This document shows positions 17,901 through 23,300 of a stretch of 64,000 nucleotides of DNA, in pieces. Both the position numbers and the translations under genes were made by a program. The stretch's first letter is position 1. Every line of letters begins with the position of its first letter. The notes beneath the pieces were generated by a model that made no database searches, had not been told where the DNA came from, and was given only the letters and a program-made list of their open reading frames with translations. Source of the DNA: an uncultured Anaerolineaceae bacterium (lineage in GTDB: Bacteria > Chloroflexota > Anaerolineae > Anaerolineales > Villigracilaceae); contig CAZASG010000002.1 of assembly GCA_964487745.1 (NCBI GenBank), positions 46,360-110,359 on the forward strand, read 5' to 3'.

Positions 17901-19481
17901 TGAGATCTCCAAAATACGGATAGCCTGAACTACATCTGGAACATCATTGCGAATAAGAGAACGCCCGTCCATAACGCGCCAATCACCGCAGAGAAGTTCT
18001 GTCCCGTCTGGCGTAGTCTCACAAGAGTCAACGAGTTCAGCGGGAATATCAGGCTCATCGCCGGGCTGCCAGGCAGGGTCGGTGAGCGGAGGGCTAAAAA
18101 ATGTGGTTGCAAAATCAACGTCACCATTATAAAGAGCCATGACAGCCTGAGGATGACTTCCGGCTTCAATGACATCTGCAGGAGTAGCATTAGCATTATT
18201 GAGCATGACCATCGGAGCCATATATCCTGATGCAGACATGTAATCAGGAATCCCCCATACCTTTTCATTCAATTCACTTACGGTTTGAATACCACTATTG
18301 CGCGGAACAAGAATTTCACCCCAGTAACCATCCCATCCAAAGCGAACGGCTTTTAAAGATGCCTGCAAACCACAATGATCACTTCCTAGTACATAACCAA
18401 AGCTCGGCATAAAGCCAATAGAGGTATCAGGATTCTGGCAAACCGCATAGACCGTTTCCGAGAATGAAGCAGGGATAACAACTTCGAAATTCAAACCCGT
18501 CTCTTGATATAAATAATCGGCCATGACCTGGCCGCCATCAAGAAGAACTTGTTCATCTATACTTGGATAAAAATACAGCCGGACAGGATTTTCTGGTGTA
18601 CCCACTTCTTGCGGGGGCATACACCCATCTGCTCGATAAATATTTCCTTCATCGTAGGCAGTAACATATAAACTGTTCTGAGAATCAAATGCTAATCCGC
18701 GAGGCCGACTGATCCCATATAGACACACGGAAATTGCTTGGTCAACAGCATCAATCTTGAGCACTTTATTAGCATCCATCGCTGAGTAATATAAATTTCC
18801 ATCGACGTCCATAGCTAGCCCACCATCAGTCCACGCGCCGGTGGCTGCATAAAGACTCATATCCCAGGTCGTTAGATCAATACTATACACATCGCCATTC
18901 ATATCTGAAACGAAGAATCTATTATTCGCTTCATCCATCACGATCGCTTCGGGGGTATTGAGACCTGTGGCAACATACATCTCCAGCAAAGTGCCTGTCG
19001 AGTCAAATTTTGATACAAAGCCTCCGGCGCTCACTGCATACAAGTTATCCGCGCTATCGAAGGCAATCGCATTAGGATTCTGAAGCCCGATGCTCGTGTC
19101 TACAAATGTAGAGGGAAACCCCAAACCATCCAGTTTAAATACCCGGTTTGTATCATCTGAAACAAAGAGTTCCCACATACTATTAAAAGCTACCCCCGAT
19201 ACGCCATTGTAATATCCAGATGAAAAAGAGCTTACGCTCCCATCTGGAATGATTTTTGCCACCCAGTCGCCTCCTCCACCTGCTCCTTCGTTGGCAACAA
19301 AGAGATTCCCTGAAGGATCAAACGCTAATCCAAATGGACCCGACAGACCAGATGCAAAAAGTTCAGGGCTAACTGACTGCGCCTGAACTTCTGCCAAGGG
19401 GATTGATATGGTATTGAGCAACAATGCAAAAAAAACAACGATCCGCCAAATTGAGTTACCAAAGGTATTAATTTTATTCAT
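8952..19481 (-). CDS. giant exported mosaic protein (3,509 aa): NHL propeller, three solute-binding-protein folds, 8 novel repeat modules, CarboxypepD_reg-like, TSP3-like, 2x PKD, and a C-terminal beta-rich domain
   Basis: One uninterrupted ORF. Start set at MNKINTF... (ATG at 19481) because GGGAGGG lies 6 nt upstream and a signal peptide follows (WRIVVFFALLLNTISIPLAEVQA/QS). See the domain sub-features. Confidence 0.85.
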   Translation of the reverse strand: MNKINTFGNSIWRIVVFFALLLNTISIPLAEVQAQSVSPELFASGLSGPFGLAFDPSGNLFVANEGAGGGGDWVAKIIPDGSVSSFSSGYYNGVSGVAFNSMWELFVSDDTNRVFKLDGLGFPSTFVDTSIGLQNPNAIAFDSADNLYAVSAGGFVSKFDSTGTLLEMYVATGLNTPEAIVMDEANNRFFVSDMNGDVYSIDLTTWDMSLYAATGAWTDGGLAMDVDGNLYYSAMDANKVLKIDAVDQAISVCLYGISRPRGLAFDSQNSLYVTAYDEGNIYRADGCMPPQEVGTPENPVRLYFYPSIDEQVLLDGGQVMADYLYQETGLNFEVVIPASFSETVYAVCQNPDTSIGFMPSFGYVLGSDHCGLQASLKAVRFGWDGYWGEILVPRNSGIQTVSELNEKVWGIPDYMSASGYMAPMVMLNNANATPADVIEAGSHPQAVMALYNGDVDFATTFFSPPLTDPAWQPGDEPDIPAELVDSCETTPDGTELLCGDWRVMDGRSLIRNDVPDVVQAIRILEISEKIPHDGIAFGPDFPSVSRAQIETALLSFAETGDWWNSVGSGDSYGWEGITSAVDADYGFAREMVAAAGLTLENWNTSPEYDPSFSARLQENEIHGYGWSDGTEVTLTIDGTYSDIQTVEIADWDPNQTFVRFSFNESWTLQAGQIVEMTDGTVTKIHTVTQLIVTDADPETDTVSGTAEPGSEVNIGHIHCDESGCYGFRREIADVNGDWQADFSIPGEDDDEQDTFDLTPGMGSEANQCDEDGDCTQQYWQILQPEVWAHPNDSEEDWIDVRDWAFGEIVDLTIDDDTDPLNGVLYSDSGEVGPADWNPSVGVKEFRLGSFDLQPGHFVTVTGTTTTKELLITDLNVTEINADLNTVSGTAVAGTAVQAWLHEEHSCNSEIIADQNGNWTADFNPCDLAPSVGGGAGQMDADGDSTVYFWWVPEDPQVQVVINYQEIHCSYWPFGAELSLTIDDPDNGVGVDYSASAWVDQVLNGDETFALFAPGDQYEIQPGDLVTVSDGNTTKEHVVYHLDVTNINPETDTFTGTATPGEIVEAYTWTGQGERCSTTVSGTGDWTINVSDPLCEQPFDIQLGSEGGLIIHGENNTDTQYFWKIANPQLGIRPAEDRIEGWEWELGAIVDIEIDDPATPEAPDHTASGEVIEAHWDPSQTTLDFQLWDIYDIKPGDVVTASDGSVTKVHTVTSLTMDNADVDTDIVSGTADPDSRVDIWICGDQGCTNRHVYADGGGQWTADFANPGIEDDEQDTRDIVPGTWIDSSQNDEDGDSTMAGIHIMNPTIGARANHDNIEGWDWDEGVVVTLEIDDPATPENPDYTDTRTVGYADWNPEQTWFQFELWDAYDLKVGDFVTVTDGNITKELLVTNMAITDVDVHTDQVYGVATPDTWIGVWVCGEFDCINRDELADSNGDWMADFSVPGDQNWEDQTFDIQPGSWVDSSEWDEDNDSTMFGITIYNYTLHAVPSHPEVHGHDWPEGSDVTLIIDDDTDPNNGILYEDTRNVDDDPWCGNPCFDLNGVFDLQVGHYVTMSGDTASKTVLVSQLTINEVNYENDTVSGIADPGSRVAVNIWSQEGNARYVTADGAGLWVADYSQVGDEDFEQELADIQEGDWGRAIQLNPDGSDDGTLEYWGEGPSIWEAPDEVPLVVSIPYSPDLNRLGFDYESWSISNLLWEPLFRIDDSGTLFDAAAIDHSLSLDGLVYTITLRDDAYWDDGTPVLAQHFVDGFLRMLAPDTATDYAYLLFPIAGAQDFYDGLNPDPSSVGLLAQGDHILQITLHSPAAYFPQILASPGIVPVREDLIVQYGDGWTNPENFVGNGPYILLEHDDGHLLMERSQTFHNAGDVTFEQIGFSVIGDVGTQVDAYHQGIIDVLPNTENNPDLLSDRVLSPAPGIYYFGVNVGKAPMDNPLVRKALASAFDRRDLLDNVLDMPWREDATGVISPDFPSYQGSNVGHPFDAAQAQTYLSDAGYPGGAGFPEIVLYANNGHEGPMEYVAEQWRTILNIPVRVEFEDWSAYLDNLHGCQDNPSNCDYHLYRLGWRIDYFDANNILNDLFHPDSDRSFTGWDNAQYRNLIDLSLSEADTAQRISYLQDAERILVEDDVAVIPVFFYDTVNYVNPRFVSSFGLVPYYDLWTYAPPTIGVYAADESMPSNEVVEIYNWAGDEVSIIIDDPATPEVGDYFETRTSVPLPEFFSGMYPDVGTIARFELAGRVDIEPGFTIFVEGVPEATYTVSDLSITNVDLGLDTVSGTSAPNEQIDLNVCNNYDLSDCVGFSIVADSGGTWQADFGAWGFDLQVGSEGSARQRDEDGNQTIVDFSILTSPDAGFVPTTDVVVQPGETINLAAAVDLTGPVTFIGEDAIRALQMAIEDHGPVEGFDVQFTEFDSACDFASGEQAALQVIQDPSIVGVIGHICSSSVKGGAPIYEEAGLVMLSGSATMQTVPAYGPTVFNRTIFSDFDHDSAYWLDELRGQQSVQAWNYDFGARFGLEPSNFAVLYYDAARLLLERIEETAVLQGGELLINRAALAAVVRDTAVREADSGCWSLGYNGSRQECGGGLVNISYTEKLIWAPFWDIGDELTLHIYDQNDNLIYNPEPQVVAQAWFATDFHFPHAIFYYGDAFEMQPGYRAVVSNGEITKESVATELELGTLDAANDQVSGTASPGSHVFVEAWQFGIRRHTLADGAGNWLVDFAIPGDEEFEWDVLDIEVITALDVAQFAGENKTYVASPIGEIRGTVLLDGQPLSDVEVWVNGPIFNGERYSWHVCTDLNGEFVVQKVPPGPVDGFISATGPSVAIGCANAEFLDENGVPLMVQFWDHVDGVPEATFFDFDPLAQPHGNPYIELQYDIVRATAMHDVYTTVHIVDHAGAGACPQGEAECDLPLNDVEIDAYAGTEWVYRWYSGQDPFGEGNSQFRYKTVSDLTLNATYLDLDSGQELVAMLPVGAAEFVDRGDGVFVAPTLTFNFIKVIAPDGSISLYFDTDGDHIADGDDNAPEDYNPDQRDVDGDGVADVLDPCPDDDTDTCDPGASGASVVGSDGGTVETLDGNASLDIPDNALSDEISFSITDSGAGYEVTNFEGELFVIQSYSIQPEGTIFDPPALLTLRWDDADDDGIIDGTTYEEANLLLIKDGVIMTASCVVNPSCDMVANLLTIEISSLSLFELAFFTNSPPIADAGADQVVNEGEIFTLNAVGSSDPDNDELTYNWDLDNDGEYDDAVGLTVDWSFTENGLYTIGLQVTDTGDLSDTDTVQIEVLNVAPQITEISAPIDPVQVDEVVDVNAFFTDPGVEDTHTALWDWGDGTSSAGVVSGYYLTGAHQYAVPGVYTLTLIVTDDDDGVATEYYQYVVVFDPEGGFVTGGGWFTDPETSDKANFGFNAKYHMDAKMPFGNTNFKVNDLRFKSTAYDWLVVSGERAQFQGTGTVNDASGYSFFVTVIDGKISGDGDDYFRIKIWDTSTGVIVYDNHPTLPDDADPSVAIKGGSIVIHK
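9369..9911 (-). other. two PKD-type Ig-like domains
   Basis: NSPPIADAGADQVVNEGEIFTLNAVGSSDPDNDELTYNWDLDNDGEYDD...YTIGLQVTDTGDLSDTDTVQIEV and ...THTALWDWGDGTSS...GAHQYAVPGVYTLTLIVTDDDDG. Confidence 0.7.
10338..10475 (-). other. thrombospondin type-3-like Ca-binding Asp repeats
   Basis: DTDGDHIADGDDNAPEDYNPDQRDVDGDGVADVLDPCPDDDTDTCD. Confidence 0.6.
11034..11228 (-). other. carboxypeptidase-regulatory-like (CarboxypepD_reg-type) beta-sandwich
   Basis: GEIRGTVLLDGQPLSDVEVWVNG...CTDLNGEFVVQKVPPGPVDGFISA. Confidence 0.45.
11289..11732 (-). repeat. eighth (shorter, divergent) copy of the repeat module
   Basis: LTLHIYDQNDN...EMQPGYRAVVSNGEITKESVATELELGTLDAANDQVSGTASPGSHVFVEAW...LADGAGNWLVDFAIPGDEEFEWD. 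Confidence 0.55.
11754..12428 (-). other. LivK-like (type-1 periplasmic binding, Peripla_BP_6-like) domain, apparently lacking much of one lobe
   Basis: INLAAAVDLTGPVTFIGEDAIRALQMAIEDHGPVEGFDVQFTEFDSACDFASGEQAALQVIQDPSIVGVIGHICSSSVKGGAPIYEEAGLVMLSGSAT. The segment is only about 225 aa, against about 340 aa in free LivK-type SBPs. Confidence 0.5.
12456..12992 (-). repeat. seventh copy of the repeat module
   Basis: IIIDDPATPEVGDY...DIEPGFTIFVEG...TVSDLSITNVDLGLDTVSGTSAPNEQIDLNVC...DCVGFSIVADSGGTWQADF...RQRDEDGNQT. Confidence 0.7.
12999..14486 (-). other. family-5 (peptide/nickel/oligosaccharide type) solute-binding domain of the giant protein
   Basis: NLLWEPLFRIDDSGTLFDAAAIDHSLSLDGLVYTITLRDDAYWDDGTPVLAQHFVDGF...GNGPYILLEHDDG...YFGVNVGKAPMDNPLVRKALASAFDRRDLL...LYRLGWRIDYFDANNIL matches the SBP_bac_5 pattern over about 490 aa. 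Confidence 0.6.
14508..17630 (-). repeat. six tandem copies of a ~165-180-aa coding repeat module (period about 500-540 nt)
   Basis: Recurrent blocks ...IDDP.TP...W.P.QT...PGD.VT.TDG..TK..VT.L..T..D..TD.VSGTA.P.S.V..W.C...GC..R...AD..G.W.ADF..PG..D.EQDT.D..PG.W...Q.DEDGDST. Copies 4 and 5 (15576-16109 and 15039-15575) are the most similar. Confidence 0.8.
17679..18593 (-). other. PhnD-like (phosphonate/type-2 periplasmic binding) domain of the giant protein
   Basis: VRLYFYPS...ADYLYQETGLNFEVVIPASFSETVYAVCQNPDTSIGFMPSFGYVLG...ILVPRNSGIQTVSELNEKVWGIPDYMSASGYMAP...GSHPQAVMALYNGDVDFA follows the PhnD family pattern. Confidence 0.55.
18624..19376 (-). other. six-bladed NHL/SGL-type beta-propeller region of the giant protein
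   Basis: Six recurrences of the blade pattern, e.g. GPFGLAFDPSGNLFVAN, NPNAIAFDSADNLYAVS, GGLAMDVDGNLYYSA, RPRGLAFDSQNSLYVTA. Confidence 0.6.
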
Positions 19482-19504
19482 TTTGTCCCTCCCATGGACA
19501 TTTA

Positions 19505-19534
19505 ATATAAAAACCGACCACAAAGGGCCGGTTT
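19505..19534 (-). terminator. terminator-like hairpin plus U-run inside the leader of the giant gene (possible attenuator)
   Basis: The minus strand reads AAACCGGCC-CTTTGT-GGTCGGTTT followed by TTATATT. This is a 9-bp stem with one G-U pair, ending about 25 nt before the ATG at 19481. Confidence 0.35.
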
Positions 19535-19689
19535 CGCTATTGGCTCCCCGATAGTCATGTAGCGACCAGATAAAACTATCGGATTATCACCTCCCGAATT
19601 TCAGAAGCTTATAGGCTACGAAGAAGGCTGCATTGTTCAATTTGATATTTTTTGCCCCCAATGCCATGTATAAAAACAGAAGCTTATAC

Positions 19690-19718
19690 AGCGTAGCATA
19701 AAGAAAATCGAAAGTCAA
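19690..19718 (-). promoter_or_regulatory. weak candidate sigma70-type promoter for the giant gene (TTGACT-17-TACGCT)
   Basis: Read on the minus strand: -35 TTGACT (19718-19713), 17-nt spacer, -10 TACGCT (19695-19690). It lies downstream of the terminator at 19823-19848. Confidence 0.25.
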
Positions 19719-19822
19719 TTACTTAGAAAGAGGCATCGCTTTCTCTGCTTCCGCCACCCTGGCGTCGATCGCATCAGGCGTTTGAATTCTCAATATTTTG
19801 TCATCTGGTTCCCCAAGAAAAA

Positions 19823-19848
19823 GGAATTGTCGGTTGGACGACAATCCC
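19823..19848 (-). terminator. rho-independent terminator after the small exported-peptide gene
   Basis: The minus strand reads GGGATTGTCG-TCCAAC-CGACAATTCC followed by TTTTTCTT (10-bp stem, one mismatch). Confidence 0.6.
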
Positions 19849-20020
19849 TTTTCTTAGGAACTTTCACTCTAAATGCTATAAAGCGCTAATCGGATTAATG
19901 ATCCATATCCTTGAGAGAGGCCGACGGATCATCTGCCATCTGAAAGGAGTGCAAACCCAGATAGAGCGAAGCCCTTTTTATTGGAATTCAATTCACAGGG
20001 GCATATACCCTGTAGGCTTA

Positions 20021-20245
20021 CTACGGACCATTTGGCCCTTGAGCCGGACCGTCGCTGCCGCCAGCGCCGGGGTTGTTGATTGACCAACCAGGGGGTTCAC
20101 CGTCAATACCTCCGGCTGCCCATCCTGGGGGCTCGCCATCGCCTGTATTATTCCCTGCATCGCCACCGCCATTGAAGGCAAAGACCGGTGCCGCTGTTGC
20201 AAGCAACAAGAACAGGACGACCACTACAATCAGCAATTTCTTCAT
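20021..20245 (-). CDS. small exported Gly/Pro/Asn/Asp-rich protein with duplicated GEPPGW motif
   Basis: 74 aa. It has a clear signal peptide (MKKLLIVVVVLFLLLATAAPVFA/FN). The mature part, GGGDAGNNTGDGEPPGWAAGGIDGEPPGWSINNPGAGGSDGPAQGPNGP, has no Cys. An AGGAAAGGA SD lies upstream and the gene has its own terminator downstream. Confidence 0.5.
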   Translation of the reverse strand: MKKLLIVVVVLFLLLATAAPVFAFNGGGDAGNNTGDGEPPGWAAGGIDGEPPGWSINNPGAGGSDGPAQGPNGP

Positions 20246-20362
20246 TTCAAATCCTTTCCTTTCTTCTTTTTATAAAAGATCCATTCTGTAATCTTTCTTG
20301 AAAGATATTATCAATGGCTGAGCGCCAATGATCTAATCAGCGCCCAGCCTCTGGTCATCTGC

Positions 20363-23300
20363 TTATTGTGAGCCCTGGTTTGCTTTGAATTGATAGGGCA
20401 TGATCCGGCGGAACCAGATATCGCTGCTGCCATTGCCTTCCTGCAACCAGGTTGAATAGAAGCGAGTCCCATCGGGGGTCATGCGCAGTTGCGCTTCACC
20501 CTGCTCTTCATCGCCCTTGGCGAGCGCTGCCCAGCGTGTGACCACTTCACCAGCATAATTCCCATCACTGTCAGGGTTTACTTCCCAAGTGGAAAATTGG
20601 TAGCTATTCCCTCTGTTTTGGGTGAAGGTGTAGTACAGGTCCAATGGAGCCGGCATCTCCGGTACCACTGTGCTGTCACCATGTTCGATTGGTGGATTGG
20701 TCGACGTGCCGTAGCTTACGTAGAAGACATTCTTGTTCTGCTTGTCTTCAGCCCTCCCGGTCCAGACACCATTTACCTTGATTGTTCCAGGAGCTGCAAC
20801 GATACGTGGCTCGATCACGGTTTCCTTGTTATTAGCCAGTTGGGACATATTCCGCATCTGCTCAAATTCTCCCGGCCCGTATTGATTACAGATCTCTGTT
20901 TTCTCTTTTGTGAGCGGATCGGTGAAGGTGTCGCAGGTCTCATAAACTTCATTCGGATCCATGGTCGGATCAGTGGTCCATGTCTGACCTCCATCAAACG
21001 AGCGCCGGATAAAGAGGTCATACTTATCATTGCCATTCCGTGCAGCTGCCCAGTTGGGTGTATAGGTGAAGCCCATCACTATAAAGTCACCGCGGATTTG
21101 GCCGCGATGCGCACGGGAATCATCGTAAGGATTGGCAGACGAGGAATCATTCAGGTTGCCCGGTCCCTGTTGCCACTTCACCACTTTGACAGCACCGTAT
21201 GGATCTTCAGCAATTGGATCGCCCATCGAGGGCGTTACTTCCGTCGGCGTGACTGAGCTCATATTCTGAACACCAGCGACACAAACTTCTTCTCCATTAG
21301 CCGCAGTCTCCCACGCATCGCAGACAAAATTCTCAAAAGCATAGGGGTTACCCTTAGATGAAGCAACAACGCGGCGCAGCATGGTGTCCGCTTGATGTCC
21401 TTTGCCCTCCTGTCCTTCCCTGTAGAGAACTAGCATGACCGTTCTTGAATCCCCTATCGCACCCTTGCCCTGCATAACGAAGCGCGGGCGACGGGCATTT
21501 TCGTAGGCTAGCTGCGGCCGTCCCAGGTAGTCCAGAAGTTGTTCGCCAGTTTCAGGATTTATTATGTAGACCAGATTCCCGTTTTCGTCGCGCTCAGGCA
21601 AGTTCATGATATTGCCTGCACTGACCACTTCAGGATTCTGGAAATCAAAGCTGTGGTAGATGGCGTTCTTGCCCACATCTGGAGATTCATCGTCACCATA
21701 GGGGCCACCATCGGGCACATGGCCTGGGTCACCGAGACCTACGCCCTTGGTTTCTTCGTATGCCATGATCGCCCATGCGCTCTTGGTACCATCTGGCTTG
21801 GTATAAGCTTGCAGGAAGACATTCGGGCGTGATGCGCCGGTGTCCCCGTCGAGCAACCTGCCATCTTCAGTTATACAAACGCGCTTCAAAGCACCTTGAT
21901 TATTGGTGAACTCATAAAAGTTCTCACACAAACCAGGGACTTTATAGGCATAGTTATGTGCGCCTGTGGAATCATCCTCTGTTGCAGGGATATAAGGGTA
22001 GCCTTCATAAGGATAGTAAGCTTCAATTTCATCCTTCCAGATAGCTCCTTTGCTATTGCACTCTGCCACTTTGGCATTTATATCAAGGCCTGGCATAACT
22101 GGAATAACACGGTCACGAGGCACCACATTGTTGTAGTGGCAACTTACACAATCGGCATTTGTAAAGCCTCCCAAGTATTCGGGAATCGTCGCGTCCACCA
22201 CCACAAGCGGTATCGGAGCCCCTTGAGTGGGAGTGTGGATATCATGTGGCTCCAAGCCAAATGGTACATGGCAATTTGTGCAATTCTTCGTTGAAAGATG
22301 GTCAGCTGGCAATGTGGAAGGCAAAGCATGATAGGTAGCAGCTTCTGTGGAATCACGCTCTACAATCGTCTCGCCACCTTCAAACTTAACACAACTTGTC
22401 AGATTCTCAGCTTCGTAAGAGATGGCAGATGTATCAGATGTTGAGCTAACATTATCTGTTGGGATAAACTCACCATTCTCATCCAGAACGGGATAACCAT
22501 CCTCATCCAGCTCTACCTTCATATTATCGGTATTAACCGCAGCATTGTCTGTGATACGCACCGGCATCGCCATCGGCACAAGTGCTTTCGGGCGTCCGGT
22601 AACATCGAGTTCATGTTGAGGATCTCCACCGGAGACAAAGTTCGCATCGATCTTGCTGAAATTCGACATGGTAATGTAGCTATACCAGATATCGGTCTTG
22701 TGATTGGTTGTTGCGCCGCCCCACCCAGGTCCGGGTCCAGCAGCCTCACCGGGGCGCAGCCCCTCCGGGTCTTCTTGCCAGGTAATAGCAAACCCGGCGC
22801 CATCTGCAGCACCTATAAATATCTGATTGGCATCACGCCGTCCGGATGTTAAACGTTCAGGCTTGAACCAGACAATATCGCCAACAACTTTGTCTGCCCA
22901 GTAGCCACCACTATTGATCATCTTATCAGTAACAACAGTGCCGCGCGCCACCCAAACACAGCTGTAGGGGATTTCACCAACTTCAGGGAAACCAATATCG
23001 GTGTAGTCGATAGACCGTTGCGGTCCGCCAACACCCCAGGTGTCACCTTCATAGTAGGCATCATCGTAGGGATAATCATCATCTGGATCGATCGCGTATC
23101 TGGGCTTGCCACCGTTACAGAATTTGCTTGTCCATGCCACCAAAATATTGTTCCCCTTAACCTGGAAGACAGGCTTCTTCGCCTGACCAAAATATTCCAT
23201 ACCATTTTCCAAGGTGAAGGATGTACGGTCTGCTGCACGGGACAAATTCATGCGCTTAAAGGTATACCCATCATCACGTGAAATACCAGCAAAGATATCC

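Noticed and set aside
19482-19523. Upstream extensions of the giant gene (to 19523) and of the 1,752-aa gene (25622-25711)
   Set aside because: In both cases the internal ATGs (19481 and 25621) are preceded by strong SDs and immediately encode signal peptides. The extensions would bury the signal peptide and include leader hairpins.
20489-21256. 255-aa plus-strand ORF
   Set aside because: It is antisense to the Asp-box protein gene (20363-25621) and has no SD or motifs.
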